A stretch of DNA of 64,000 nucleotides from a virus, in the IMG/VR virus record IMGVR_UViG_3300025383_000010, one strand, 5' to 3'. Under the pieces are notes generated by a model. The model worked only from the letters and a program-made list of their open reading frames with translations. It had not been told where the DNA came from and did not search any database. This document shows, one piece after another, positions 1-10,152 of this stretch. Positions within the stretch are counted from its first letter, which is position 1. The number at the start of each line of letters is the position of its first letter. Made by a program: the position numbers and the translations under genes.

Positions 1-1004
1 GTACTAACGGCACAGCAGGCCCAGGTGGTACAGCTGGCACGGCCGGTAATCCAGGCACACAGGGCGGACCAGGCAATCCAGGAACAAATGGCACTGCTGG
101 CCCAGGTGGTACAGCTGGTGCAGCCGGCAATCCAGGCACTATAGGCGGACCAGGCAATCCAGGTACTAATGGCACAGCAGGCCCGGGCGGTACTGCTGGC
201 ACGGCCGGCAATCCTGGTACAGCAGGTAATGCTGGTACTCGCGGTGGCGGCGGAGGCGGTGGCGGCGGAGGCGGCGGCGCCGGTAACAAGACATGCGGCC
301 CGGGCAGCCCGGGTTCAGCTGGTTCAGCAGGCACTGCCTCACCGGGAGTTAACGGTAACGGCGGCGCCGGCGGCAATGGAGGTCCCCAATCACTTACTGC
401 ATCTACTGGTCTAGCCGGGGGCAATGGTAATGCTGGTACTCCTGGTGCAGCCGGCAATCCTGGCACGGCTGGCTCTGGTGCCGGACCGGGCGGTGCTGCA
501 CCATGTACATGGACAGGTAAGTGCGGCACGGCAGGTACTGCCGGTAACGCCGGATCTGCTGGTACTGGTGCTACAGCAGGCGGCGCAGCTCCTGCTACTT
601 GGCCAGGTAAGTGCGGCACGGCAGGTACTGCCGGTAACGCCGGATCTGCTGGAACTGGCGCTACAGCAGGCGGCGCTGCTCCTACTTGCTGGTCTGGAAA
701 AACTGGTTCACCAGGTACTGCTGGCACAGCAGGTGGTGCTGGCACTGGTGCTACAGCAGGCGGCGCAGCTCCTGCTACTTGGCCGGGTAAATGCGGAAGT
801 GCCGGTACTACCGGAACTTCAGGATCTGCCGGTACTGGTGCTACAGCAGGCACGGCTGGCACCAGTAATCCAGGAACTGCGGGAAACCCAGGAAGTACTG
901 CGTCTACAACTAACGCAACTTCTGTGCAAGTTTATCCGTACCAATTGATAACAGTAACAGTCGGCACCGGTAGTGCTAATGGTGCTGTTACTGTCTCTTG
1001 GTAA
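1..1004 (+). CDS. Collagen-like (Gly-X-Y) fibre protein, C-terminal part (5'-truncated; absent from the ORF track)
   Basis: Frame starting at nt 3 reads TNGTAGPGGTAGTAGNPGTQGGPGNPGTNG... with no stop until TAA at 1002-1004; ends ...QVYPYQLITVTVGTGSANGAVTVSW*. Confidence 0.9.
   Translation, partial: TNGTAGPGGTAGTAGNPGTQGGPGNPGTNGTAGPGGTAGAAGNPGTIGGPGNPGTNGTAGPGGTAGTAGNPGTAGNAGTRGGGGGGGGGGGGAGNKTCGPGSPGSAGSAGTASPGVNGNGGAGGNGGPQSLTASTGLAGGNGNAGTPGAAGNPGTAGSGAGPGGAAPCTWTGKCGTAGTAGNAGSAGTGATAGGAAPATWPGKCGTAGTAGNAGSAGTGATAGGAAPTCWSGKTGSPGTAGTAGGAGTGATAGGAAPATWPGKCGSAGTTGTSGSAGTGATAGTAGTSNPGTAGNPGSTASTTNATSVQVYPYQLITVTVGTGSANGAVTVSW
514..784 (+). repeat. 90-nt (30 aa) period direct repeats inside the collagen-like gene
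   Basis: 514-562 is identical to 604-652; the ctggtgctacagcaggcggcgcagctcctgctacttggcc segment recurs 180 nt apart (ending at 604 and 784). Confidence 0.85.
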
Positions 1005-1091
1005 TAAATACGTGCACCGGTCTACTGGTAATAAATACAACAGTAAACAGCATGGGTCGAGACCCACGATTAAATCACTAGGAGTTAAAAA

Positions 1092-1397
1092 ATGATTGTT
1101 GGCATTAAAGATATTTTCCTCTATACTGGCCTTACACCTAATGGTGGAAATGATTCTGCTATAGCATTGCAATGGATGATTGATAACAATATTCCACACG
1201 ATAACCTATGGTATGGTGATCCAGCTCAACATTCTAGTGTATTCGCAGCTTTGAATACATGGGGCATCGGTGAGTTTACCGACTTCCCATTCGTAATTTA
1301 CGACGAGAAGCATGATGACTTCACGATCACAAAACAGGCTCTAATTGGACTTGATGCAATTACGAATAGTAATCTAGTTGAACTACTAGCACTCTAA
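1092..1397 (+). CDS. Hypothetical protein, possibly glutaredoxin-like fold without CxxC
   Basis: AGGAG RBS; FTDFPFVIY resembles the cis-Pro strand of a thioredoxin fold; weak. Confidence 0.55.
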   Translation: MIVGIKDIFLYTGLTPNGGNDSAIALQWMIDNNIPHDNLWYGDPAQHSSVFAALNTWGIGEFTDFPFVIYDEKHDDFTITKQALIGLDAITNSNLVELLAL

Positions 1398-1414
1398 CTA
1401 TATAGAGACAACTT

Positions 1415-1627
1415 TTGGAAGACTACACCGTAGATTGTAAACGAATGATGTTAGTCATGCGGTGTTATGATAAGCTCCCATTGCATCTAAGAGAATGGAT
1501 TTCAGGTTTACATTTTAGTTTGCATGATGATCACATTCTTCGCGGGACCGCAGAAGTTGAAAGATGCAAAGCCTTCATTGAATCAGGAGGCGTGCATTAC
1601 GAAAAACCAGGAAATGGACAAAATTAA
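1415..1627 (+). CDS. Hypothetical protein
   Basis: ORF coupled (TAATG) to the next gene; start uncertain. Confidence 0.5.
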   Translation: MEDYTVDCKRMMLVMRCYDKLPLHLREWISGLHFSLHDDHILRGTAEVERCKAFIESGGVHYEKPGNGQN

Positions 1628-2340
1628 TGTTCTCGTTTTTGAGAAAAAAAGAACCAAAGCTAGAGTTTCTTTGCTTTGATGATGATCTAGGTAACATTCC
1701 AGAACCCTACCCTGCAAGAAAACTTATGCCAAGTTGGTATAAAGCACTACCTATGAAACTGGGTGCTGGATTTGAGCAATCAACACTAAAGAGATGCCCT
1801 CCTTTTCTTGATGCAATGGTTACTGGATGGATTATACCTCTAGTTGCTGATGTGCATGTTGAATCCAATGAGGACTGCTCTCATATAAAATATGATACTA
1901 AATTCCCGCGGCCCATGATCGAAAATCACTTACAAAGTCAAGTAACATCTGATAAATGCCCCGCACCACATCTTCCCAAACCACCTATAAAATGGTTAAA
2001 CTATTGGGCCATCAAATGTCCTGAAGGATATTCATTGTTGTTTGTTCCACCACTGAATAGAGCAGATGAACGTTTCACTTGTTTCTCGGGTATGGTTGAT
2101 TGTGATGGATATTTTGAGTTTGTTAACTTCCCATTTGTTTGGAACAAGCCCAATGCAAATGAGATTATACCGGCGGGCACCCCATTGATGCAAGTTATAC
2201 CTATAAAAAGAGATTCATTGTTTACTAAACATGTAATACGCTCATTCAATGAAAATGAACTTAAAGAGTTAAATGATACTCATCGTAAACGTCAAAGCCA
2301 CGAGTCTCACTATAGGGATAACGTCTGGAAACTTAAGTAA
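1627..2340 (+). CDS. Conserved phage protein (DUF6065-like), typically found beside 2OG-Fe(II) oxygenases
   Basis: PEPYPARKLMPSWYK, TLKRCPPFLDAMVTGWIIPL and IPAGTPLMQVIP motifs. Confidence 0.6.
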   Translation: MFSFLRKKEPKLEFLCFDDDLGNIPEPYPARKLMPSWYKALPMKLGAGFEQSTLKRCPPFLDAMVTGWIIPLVADVHVESNEDCSHIKYDTKFPRPMIENHLQSQVTSDKCPAPHLPKPPIKWLNYWAIKCPEGYSLLFVPPLNRADERFTCFSGMVDCDGYFEFVNFPFVWNKPNANEIIPAGTPLMQVIPIKRDSLFTKHVIRSFNENELKELNDTHRKRQSHESHYRDNVWKLK

Positions 2341-2936
2341 TGTCAGTTTATCAACTTACTCCGCCGCCTCCTATTGCTGTACCAGAATTAAACTTTGCAC
2401 TATGGCATAATGGATTCTCAGATGAGGAACTTGCTCGCATCATAGAAATAGGGGATCAACTTGCAATTTCTGCTGCTACTGTAGGCCAAGATAATTGTGT
2501 TAGTGATAGAATAAGACAATCTAAAACAGGATGGATGAGCCTCAATGAGGATACTCAATTCATCTACGATAAGCTAGGTTACATAGCAAGACAATTGAAT
2601 GGACAGTTCTTTGACTTTGATATATGGGGTTTCGTTGAAGACTTGCAATATACAATCTATGACGGTGGAGACGGACATTACACTTGGCATTTAGATAGGG
2701 GAGGATCTACTTCTGATACTCCCAGAAAGTTGTCAATGGTTCTACAATTATCAGACCCATCTGAGTATGAGGGAGGAGACTTAGAACTGTTTGAAGGACC
2801 AAATCCAACTCAAGTAAAAAAAGAGAAAGGTTTAATTTCTGCCTTCCCTTCTTTTGTACTACATAGAGTGACACCGGTTACTAAAGGAACTAGAAAAACA
2901 TTAGTTGTTTGGTTGACCGGACCTCGCTTCAAATAG
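2340..2936 (+). CDS. 2OG-Fe(II) oxygenase (PKHD/prolyl-hydroxylase-like)
   Basis: YTWHLD (HxD), RKLSMVLQLS, YEGGDL, HRVTPVTKGTRKTLVVW (distal His and Arg). Confidence 0.9.
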   Translation: MSVYQLTPPPPIAVPELNFALWHNGFSDEELARIIEIGDQLAISAATVGQDNCVSDRIRQSKTGWMSLNEDTQFIYDKLGYIARQLNGQFFDFDIWGFVEDLQYTIYDGGDGHYTWHLDRGGSTSDTPRKLSMVLQLSDPSEYEGGDLELFEGPNPTQVKKEKGLISAFPSFVLHRVTPVTKGTRKTLVVWLTGPRFK

Positions 2937-2944
2937 GATTACAC

Positions 2945-3583
2945 ATGACTGACGTACTTGATCAATGGCATTACTTTGCCTCACCCGTTTATAGCATCAA
3001 AAAACCTGAGTTTCTTGATACTGTACGAAAGGCTAGCAATGATGTATTGCATATTCAACGCAAAGAAAATAAGATAGACGAAATATATCCTGTCATTCAG
3101 GCTGATGTATCAGGACATGACCAATTAATTGAGTTTCATGATTATGTAATCAACACTGCCTGGAATCTGTTGCGCGATCAGGGATACAACATGGACAACC
3201 GATCTACTTACTTCACAGAAAGTTGGGTGCAAGAACATCACAAGTATTCTTCTATGGAATATCACAATCATAATGATTGTAACCTTGTTGCGTTTTATTT
3301 CACTGAATGTCCTAGTAATCCACCCAAACTAGTAATACATGATCCTAGACCATCTAAGGTAATGATTGATCTTCCCGAAGCCGATTTTAGTAACATCTCA
3401 ATGGCTACTTCTATTATTAACTTCACTCCAACTCCCGGAATGCTATTCTTTGCAAACTCTTGGCTACCTCACAGCTTCACGCGCAATGCATCTACTAAGC
3501 CATTCAAGTTTATTCACATGAACATCGCTACTAGATTGAATCCTGTTCCAGTGGTATATCCTGCATCAGCGGAGATTATCTAA
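2945..3583 (+). CDS. Putative 2OG-Fe(II) oxygenase (TIGR02466-like)
   Basis: SWVQ..HNH, HDPRP, PGMLFFANSWLPH; ATG at 2945 after AGGA preferred over TTG 2909. Confidence 0.8.
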   Translation: MTDVLDQWHYFASPVYSIKKPEFLDTVRKASNDVLHIQRKENKIDEIYPVIQADVSGHDQLIEFHDYVINTAWNLLRDQGYNMDNRSTYFTESWVQEHHKYSSMEYHNHNDCNLVAFYFTECPSNPPKLVIHDPRPSKVMIDLPEADFSNISMATSIINFTPTPGMLFFANSWLPHSFTRNASTKPFKFIHMNIATRLNPVPVVYPASAEII

Positions 3584-3996
3584 TGAGAGAGTGCGGTTCA
3601 TGTCACAAATGCTGTGAAGGTCATTTACGCGGAGAAGCATACGGGTATGCGTTTTGGAATAGTAGAAAATGTCATTTCTTGAATGGTAATGGATGTTCTA
3701 TCTATAGTACTCGTCCCGATGATCCCTGCAAGTCGTATAAGTGCATGTGGTTGCAAGATGAAAATCAAGAGATTCCAGAATGGATGAAGCCAGACGAAGC
3801 AAATGCAATACTAACTTCGAGAACCATTGATGATATCTCATATATTGAATTGATCGAAGCGGGCGCGCCAATGAAGGCAGATGTTCTTAGTTGGGCTATA
3901 CAATATACATTAAATAACAAGCTAAACTTATATTATCAGGTCAATGGTGGTTGGAATAAAATAGGTAATACTGATTTCTTAGAGGCAAGATTATAA
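3583..3996 (+). CDS. YkgJ-like CxxCxxCC metal-binding protein
   Basis: RECGSCHKCC...CHFL...GCSIYSTRP..PCKSYKCMW. Confidence 0.75.
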   Translation: MRECGSCHKCCEGHLRGEAYGYAFWNSRKCHFLNGNGCSIYSTRPDDPCKSYKCMWLQDENQEIPEWMKPDEANAILTSRTIDDISYIELIEAGAPMKADVLSWAIQYTLNNKLNLYYQVNGGWNKIGNTDFLEARL

Positions 3997-4238
3997 TGTC
4001 AAGTTTCATGATCAGATTTAACAAATCACGCGGTGAGATTAATCGCGGAACAGTAGACCACGTTTGGCGTGTATTTGAAGATGGAAAAGAATATCTCTGT
4101 AAGCACGTTAAGATCAATGTACCTAGTTATGGTGCAAAAACAGGTGAGGATTGGAGTATGTGTTGTGAAGGCTCGTTGGAAATAGACAGAGAAACATCAA
4201 CACTTACTATTAACCCTCTAGAGGAAGAAAAATCATGA
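3996..4238 (+). CDS. Hypothetical protein
   Basis: Coupled ORF within the operon. Confidence 0.6.
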   Translation: MSSFMIRFNKSRGEINRGTVDHVWRVFEDGKEYLCKHVKINVPSYGAKTGEDWSMCCEGSLEIDRETSTLTINPLEEEKS

Positions 4239-4729
4239 AGTTTTATGATGATGTACTGAGTGATGACCTCATCACCTGGATCAATAGAGAAAGAGAAGAA
4301 TTCAGGTATAAACAAGTATGGAATTGCAGCGAACTGTTTTGGGACGATGATATAAAAACCGGGGTAACTGGAATCTGCTCAGCGTCTCATGTAAGTTCTG
4401 ATTTGCATCATGCCATCCTTGAACATATCAAATCTTATCTTCCCGAACATGATGACTTGTATATCCAGCATTATATATGGTTTAGGGGAAGCGGAATATG
4501 TATGCATGATGATGGTATCTATAAGTTTGGTGCTACTATCTATCTAAATGAGAACTGGGATATGGCATATGGTGGAATCTTTATATGGGAAGACAAAGAT
4601 GGATATAAGGCTATTTGTCCAAAGAAAAACATGCTTGCTTTAAACCATGACCATACTCAACACATGGTGACCACTGTCAGTGATCTTTCAGTAGAACCAA
4701 GATATACTATTCAGATTTGGGGCAAATAA
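4235..4729 (+). CDS. 2OG-Fe(II) oxygenase, prolyl 4-hydroxylase-like
   Basis: ICMHDD, ATIYLNENWDMAYGG, HMVTTV, RYTIQIW. Confidence 0.85.
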   Translation: MKFYDDVLSDDLITWINREREEFRYKQVWNCSELFWDDDIKTGVTGICSASHVSSDLHHAILEHIKSYLPEHDDLYIQHYIWFRGSGICMHDDGIYKFGATIYLNENWDMAYGGIFIWEDKDGYKAICPKKNMLALNHDHTQHMVTTVSDLSVEPRYTIQIWGK

Positions 4730-4730
4730 T

Positions 4731-5342
4731 ATGGAACTAGATTTCACTGAAGTAAAATTACACAACCCCGGTGTTCTCAAGACAAGAATCCCCGTCAGGG
4801 TGTTTGCTGAGTTGACCGCAGACCTACAACGACAAGTAGACGCTAAGCCCAGGAAATACAATAATGAGTTGGCCGGTCACTTAGAAACTGAACTACAGTA
4901 CAATATAAATGGTTCGTTCAAGGAATGTATAGACCGAACATTCCAAGAATACAGAGAAAGATTTGATTTCTATCGTAATAATGAGTATGTAATTGATGCT
5001 AGCTCATGGGTAAACTTTCAAAAGAAACACGAATACAATCCATTGCACTTTCATTATCAAGATATTTCTTGGGTTATTTGGGTTACCATACCGTATGATC
5101 TTCAAAAAGAAATGAATCTTCCTAGCATGAAAGAATCAAACAGTAATGTAGCATCAAAGTTTCAATTCGTGTATAACAGGCTGGACGGCGGCATTTATAT
5201 GCATGACATTGATATTGACCAAACATGGGAAGGTGTACTAATGATGTTCCCGTCATATCTCAAGCATCAGGTATATTCATTCCAAACAGTAGATGAGCAT
5301 AGAATCTCAATCGCCGGAAACATCCAAGTACTTAACAAATAA
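4731..5342 (+). CDS. Putative 2OG-Fe(II) oxygenase
   Basis: WVNFQKKHEYNPLHFH, MFPSYLKHQV, RISIAGN. Confidence 0.8.
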   Translation: MELDFTEVKLHNPGVLKTRIPVRVFAELTADLQRQVDAKPRKYNNELAGHLETELQYNINGSFKECIDRTFQEYRERFDFYRNNEYVIDASSWVNFQKKHEYNPLHFHYQDISWVIWVTIPYDLQKEMNLPSMKESNSNVASKFQFVYNRLDGGIYMHDIDIDQTWEGVLMMFPSYLKHQVYSFQTVDEHRISIAGNIQVLNK

Positions 5343-5373
5343 TACACTGACCCTTAGTATATCGTCATGCTAG

Positions 5374-5381
5374 CATAAATA
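5374..5381 (+). promoter_or_regulatory. T4-type late promoter (CATAAATA)
   Basis: Matches the recurring (G/C)ATAAATA motif; followed by AAGGAG and ATG 5402. Confidence 0.65.
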
Positions 5382-5401
5382 CATGATAAGGAGATATTAT
5401 C

Positions 5402-5566
5402 ATGGCAAAAGGTTCAAGCAGTGGCAAAACAGGCACCGGCAAAATTAGCTTTTCAGACAACCACAAGGGTGGTACTACAATTGGTCTAGGTAAGATCAAG
5501 TTTGGTACTATGAATAAGAATAAGCGTAGAAACTTCAAAGCATATCGCGGCCAGGGTAGACCATAA
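5402..5566 (+). CDS. Small basic protein, 54 aa (absent from the ORF track)
   Basis: MAKGSSSGKTGTGKISFSDNHKGGTTIGLGKIKFGTMNKNKRRNFKAYRGQGRP*; late promoter and AAGGAG RBS upstream. Confidence 0.8.
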   Translation: MAKGSSSGKTGTGKISFSDNHKGGTTIGLGKIKFGTMNKNKRRNFKAYRGQGRP

Positions 5567-5576
5567 GGAGTTAACA

Positions 5577-6200
5577 ATGGCAAAAGTAACATTAGATTTA
5601 TTGAAGCAGTTATGCCCACATACTAAGCCAGCAGTGTTAGAGAAGTACGTAGATCCTCTTAACACTGTGGGTGAACACTTTGGATTGTTTGAAAATCCAA
5701 AGAGAATGGCTGCATTCCTTGCTCAAGTAGCACACGAGTCAGGTGCATTCAACTTCACCAAAGAAGGTCTTAGCTATAGCGCACAATCGTTGAACAAGGT
5801 ATTTCACAAGTACTTCCCAACATTAGCTGCTGCTAAGCCTTATGAAAGACAACCTGCTAAGATTGCTAATAAGGTCTATGCAAATCGTATGGGTAATGGT
5901 CCTGAAAGTTCAGGCGATGGATACAAGTTCTGCGGTCGTGGGTTGATTCAGTTGACTGGTAAGCAGAACTACACCAAGTTTGCTGCATCAATCGGCAAGT
6001 CACTTGATGAGACAGTTGCATATCTTGAAACCGCTGAAGGTGCTGTAGCAAGTGCTGCATGGTTCTGGGACGCAAACAAGTTGAGTGTATATGCTGACAA
6101 GGGCGACTTCGTTGGTCTTACTCGCAGAATCAACGGCGGAACTATTGGTCTCGCTGATAGACAGCATCACTACGATCTAGCACTTAAAGCACTAGCTTAA
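5577..6200 (+). CDS. Glycoside hydrolase family 19 lysin (endolysin)
   Basis: AAFLAQVAHES, GDGYKFCGRGLIQLTGKQNY, SAAWFW, TRRINGG..GLADR. Confidence 0.92.
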   Translation: MAKVTLDLLKQLCPHTKPAVLEKYVDPLNTVGEHFGLFENPKRMAAFLAQVAHESGAFNFTKEGLSYSAQSLNKVFHKYFPTLAAAKPYERQPAKIANKVYANRMGNGPESSGDGYKFCGRGLIQLTGKQNYTKFAASIGKSLDETVAYLETAEGAVASAAWFWDANKLSVYADKGDFVGLTRRINGGTIGLADRQHHYDLALKALA

Positions 6201-6208
6201 GGATTATT

Positions 6209-8824
6209 ATGCAACAGCCAGTTTGGAACACCGTAGCAGGTTCATTAGGAAACTTTCCTTCTGCAACTGTGTTTGCTTATCAGTTGTCGGCTACTCCTCA
6301 GTTGCCGGCAGTTACATTGACATATGCACTCATAAGCGGTTCATTCCCTGCAGGATTAACAATGAACACTGCTGGCTTAATTTCCGGAACACCTTTGTTA
6401 GTAACTATTGATACTACTAGTACATTTGTTATTAGAGTAACTGACAACTATGGTAACATTAGAGACAGAACATTCAGTATAACGATGTCTGGTAGTGCGA
6501 TACCATCATTCACTACGCCCGGTGGTACTATTGCCACAATACTAGATAGTACTTGGACTGAGTTACCAATTGAATATAATAATCCAATCTCTACAAATCC
6601 AGTCACTATTAGAAAAATATCAGGGATATTACCACCAGGCATAGAAATCAACGAGTATGGATTGATCAGAGGATACGCTGCCCCTCCCACTACCGATGTC
6701 AATCTTCCATCTGTAGTGACCTTTGTAGTGGCGACTACCTCAGTAACCAATACGTTAACTTGCTTGAGTACAGCAGATATTAGTCCCGGTAGACCTGTTA
6801 TTTTCAGCGGCGCCACATTTGGGTCAATTGTAGCTAATCAAACATACTACGTAAAGACTGTACTCAATGGAACTCAATTCACGGTCGCGCATACAGTCAA
6901 TGGATCAGTAGTTGCAATGGATGATGCTGTTGGCTACATGGTTGCGACTCTTCCCAATATTACTGTTGGTGAACCTATCAATCAATCATATTCATTCACA
7001 TTGAAGTTAGAAAGTCCACTTGGATCGGCTACTCAGCTTTATACAATTTCAGTCATCAATCAAAACACCCCGTTGAATCAAGGTGGTCCGGGCTATCCGC
7101 CTAATACTAGAATACCTACGATCTATAACACTAGACCCGAAACATATATACTAGATAGTAATATCGCAGAATATGGATACTATGTCATCCCGCCGAACTC
7201 ACATGGAAATACCTATTCACCTTCCCAATATGCGTATATTGGGTCTTTCACAAGTAATAATATATTCAACTTTCAGGTATTAGGGCATGACTTTGATGGC
7301 AATCAATTAACCTATACTTTCTCTAATCTGCCCTTAGGATTAGTAGGAGATAGCAATACAGGATGGGTCACTGGAAATCCTATTATCAGTGATAACAGCA
7401 TAAGTCAGTTCAGTTTTAGTGTTTATGTATCTAAGGTCATACATACTAACATTGTATCGGATACATTTAACTTCTCATTCAATATCACAAATAACGTCTC
7501 CGGGAATGTTACTTGGATCACTCCTGCTAATATGGGTACGGTTCTAAATGGCATCACGAGCATAGAATATGTTCAAGCTGTAAGTGATGTTCCATTGCAA
7601 TATCGTCTTACTTCTGGAACTCTTCCACCAAACCTAACACTGTTACCAAACGGTGAATTGTCAGGAATCGTATCTTTTCAGCCGACTACTACTATTCAAT
7701 CTCCTAATACTTCAACTGACTTTACGTTTACTGTGCAGGCATACTCTGAACAATACCCGATAGTAAACTCATCTCAGACATTTACGTTAAGCGTATATCA
7801 AGAGTTTGATAGACCAGTTGACACATTGTATTGCAAATGCACACCTAGCATCTCGGATAGAAATCTATTAGCGACTTTGCTCAACAATGACTCGCTTATC
7901 CCAACTGATTATCTCTATAGAGCAGATGATCCTTTCTTTGGAAAAGCTACGAATATCATATATGATCACGCATATGGAATCTATGCAAATAACCTAGACG
8001 CATATGTTGCTGCTATTCAAGAAAAGAATCACTATTGGCGAAATATCACGTTAGGTGAAATCAAAACAGCCATCGCCCGCGATGAGAATACTGGCGAAAT
8101 ACTGTATGAAGTAGTCTATAGTGAGATTTATGACAATCTAGTGAACTATAATGAAGTAGATAATAACTATTCAAATGAGAGTCAATCTAATATTATCACA
8201 CCTCAAGGTGAGAGTGTAGCTAAAGAAATATACTGGCCTAGAGCTATACCATTATTCTTGGGTCCATGGTATGATACTGAAACTAACATTTATACTAGCT
8301 ATGAGGGAGAAAACTCGCCTCCTCCTACGTATTATACCAGTAGAACACCAGGCTTCGCTAGAGTATTATATCCTAACTCATTACCCAACATGAGACAGCA
8401 GGTAGTAGATGTTCTTGGGCAAGACTATAACTACAAGTTATTGCCCTTATGGATGACAAGTCAGCAACTTAATGGTTCTACATTGGGCTATACTCCGGCT
8501 TGGGTCATTGCATATTGCAAGCCGGGTACAACTACACTAAATGGCCAAACTGTTAGCTACGCAGAGTACATTCAATATCAGATTCAGAATAATTGGAAAA
8601 ACGAAGTAGGAGAAGTGCAGACATTAAATACTATCAACTTTGAAATTGATAGATTTACAGTGAACAAGAGCGCAACTTACAACTTTGATAATACTCTCAA
8701 TCCAGCAGCCTGGACTGTATTACCAAGTGCTACTCCTACTCCAAATCCTATTGATAGTAAAGACTTTTATGTGTTGTTCCCTCGTGAAACTATTTTACCT
8801 GACACGACACAATACAGGCAATAA
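6209..8824 (+). CDS. Virion structural protein with putative Ig (He_PIG-like) repeats, baseplate/tail
   Basis: Repeated SG.(F/L)P.G(L/I).....G.ISG.P units; Thr/Asn-rich beta composition. Confidence 0.7.
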   Translation: MQQPVWNTVAGSLGNFPSATVFAYQLSATPQLPAVTLTYALISGSFPAGLTMNTAGLISGTPLLVTIDTTSTFVIRVTDNYGNIRDRTFSITMSGSAIPSFTTPGGTIATILDSTWTELPIEYNNPISTNPVTIRKISGILPPGIEINEYGLIRGYAAPPTTDVNLPSVVTFVVATTSVTNTLTCLSTADISPGRPVIFSGATFGSIVANQTYYVKTVLNGTQFTVAHTVNGSVVAMDDAVGYMVATLPNITVGEPINQSYSFTLKLESPLGSATQLYTISVINQNTPLNQGGPGYPPNTRIPTIYNTRPETYILDSNIAEYGYYVIPPNSHGNTYSPSQYAYIGSFTSNNIFNFQVLGHDFDGNQLTYTFSNLPLGLVGDSNTGWVTGNPIISDNSISQFSFSVYVSKVIHTNIVSDTFNFSFNITNNVSGNVTWITPANMGTVLNGITSIEYVQAVSDVPLQYRLTSGTLPPNLTLLPNGELSGIVSFQPTTTIQSPNTSTDFTFTVQAYSEQYPIVNSSQTFTLSVYQEFDRPVDTLYCKCTPSISDRNLLATLLNNDSLIPTDYLYRADDPFFGKATNIIYDHAYGIYANNLDAYVAAIQEKNHYWRNITLGEIKTAIARDENTGEILYEVVYSEIYDNLVNYNEVDNNYSNESQSNIITPQGESVAKEIYWPRAIPLFLGPWYDTETNIYTSYEGENSPPPTYYTSRTPGFARVLYPNSLPNMRQQVVDVLGQDYNYKLLPLWMTSQQLNGSTLGYTPAWVIAYCKPGTTTLNGQTVSYAEYIQYQIQNNWKNEVGEVQTLNTINFEIDRFTVNKSATYNFDNTLNPAAWTVLPSATPTPNPIDSKDFYVLFPRETILPDTTQYRQ

Positions 8825-8847
8825 ATACATTACGGAAAAAGAGAAAC

Positions 8848-10149
8848 ATGACCAGTCAAATTAACACAAACGGAATCAATGTAAATTATCCAGTGCCGGG
8901 AGTCAACAATAGCTCTCAGGGCTTTAGAGATAACTTTACTCAAATCAGAGGGCAGTTCAACACTGCTGCCAATGAAATCACCGATTTGCAATCTAAGGTT
9001 GTTCTCAAGGCTGCACTTGACAACACAACTCTTAACAATGACATGGGCAATGCTCTTATCAGCAATGCATCAACGAGCGGCTTTAGAGCAACTACTTACA
9101 ACCTAGGCAATGCTCTTGCTGGAACTGTACTCGTTGACGTTAATCGTGCAGATGTACAGTTTGGTTCATTAACTGGAAATGTTACATTACAGTTTGGTAA
9201 TTGGGCACCCACTAACACACAAAGCAACGTTGTAGTTAGATTGACTTATGCTAATACGGGTCCTGCATATGTACAACTTCCAAGTAGCTGCATTAGTTCA
9301 AACAACAACTTTGGTGTAACACTACTTGAGAACTATGAAAACGTAGGTGGTGTTGCTACACTCAGTGCTCCTGCTAACGCAAACATCATTGAACTTCGCT
9401 TCTCATCTCTTGACTGCGGTAACACAGTCACAGTAGAACCAATCAATCGCCCTTACCAGTCAACTGAAATTCAAACAAGAAACATTCCACCGACTGGCCT
9501 TCCAGGTGATGTTAATGGAACAATCGCTGTTGGTCCTTCTGTAAACCAGTTGAACATCACTAGCACTAATGCAGCAGACTATCTAACTACAGGTAATACT
9601 GCACAGCTATATCCTGATCTACCTGTTGTATTCACTGGTACTAGCATGGAAGCTAACATCACAGTTGGTACAACTTACTATGTAAGAAACGTGGTGTCAA
9701 CTACTACCTTTACTGTAGCAACTTCAGTAGGCGGAGGAAATGTAAATCTAGCAGGTAATAGTACTCCAACTGCTGCAATGTATGCTAACCCGGTTTCATA
9801 TTTGTACATCAGCACCGATGATTACAACTCAAATGCATACAGTAAGGGTTTGGTCAACACTTACGCAACTGGTAATATTATTACATTAAGCGGAACAGCC
9901 AACGCAACACTAAATGCTCCAATTATTTTTAGCGGCAACGTTGATACAGCTAACACAAATATCGTTGCAGGAACTGTATATTATATTAAGACTATCAGTT
10001 CACCTAACGTAACTATCAGTCAGTCACGAGTAAATGGTGTTGCTGGAACTGCATTTGTTCCCGGCACTACAACAGGATTGTCCGGAGTAGCTACTATCTA
10101 CACTGAAGGCAATGATATTTGGAAAAGAATCGCTCTTACTTCTTGGTAA
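8848..10149 (+). CDS. Virion structural (tail/baseplate) protein
   Basis: N-terminal YPVPGVNNSSQGFRDNF, internal GTTYYV/GTVYYI repeats, C-terminal WKRIALTSW; ATAAATA upstream. Confidence 0.65.
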   Translation: MTSQINTNGINVNYPVPGVNNSSQGFRDNFTQIRGQFNTAANEITDLQSKVVLKAALDNTTLNNDMGNALISNASTSGFRATTYNLGNALAGTVLVDVNRADVQFGSLTGNVTLQFGNWAPTNTQSNVVVRLTYANTGPAYVQLPSSCISSNNNFGVTLLENYENVGGVATLSAPANANIIELRFSSLDCGNTVTVEPINRPYQSTEIQTRNIPPTGLPGDVNGTIAVGPSVNQLNITSTNAADYLTTGNTAQLYPDLPVVFTGTSMEANITVGTTYYVRNVVSTTTFTVATSVGGGNVNLAGNSTPTAAMYANPVSYLYISTDDYNSNAYSKGLVNTYATGNIITLSGTANATLNAPIIFSGNVDTANTNIVAGTVYYIKTISSPNVTISQSRVNGVAGTAFVPGTTTGLSGVATIYTEGNDIWKRIALTSW

Positions 10150-10152
10150 ACT

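Noticed and set aside
169-948. ORF-track entries 169..414 and 424..948
   Set aside because: Off-frame shadows of the Gly-X-Y collagen reading frame (nt 3-1004)
1-950. Possible CRISPR array or non-coding tandem repeat
   Set aside because: Repeats are in-frame coding units with 9-nt and 90-nt periodicity and no unique spacers
5365-5619. Minus-strand 84-aa ORF
   Set aside because: Shadow of the + strand gene 5402..5566, which has a promoter and RBS
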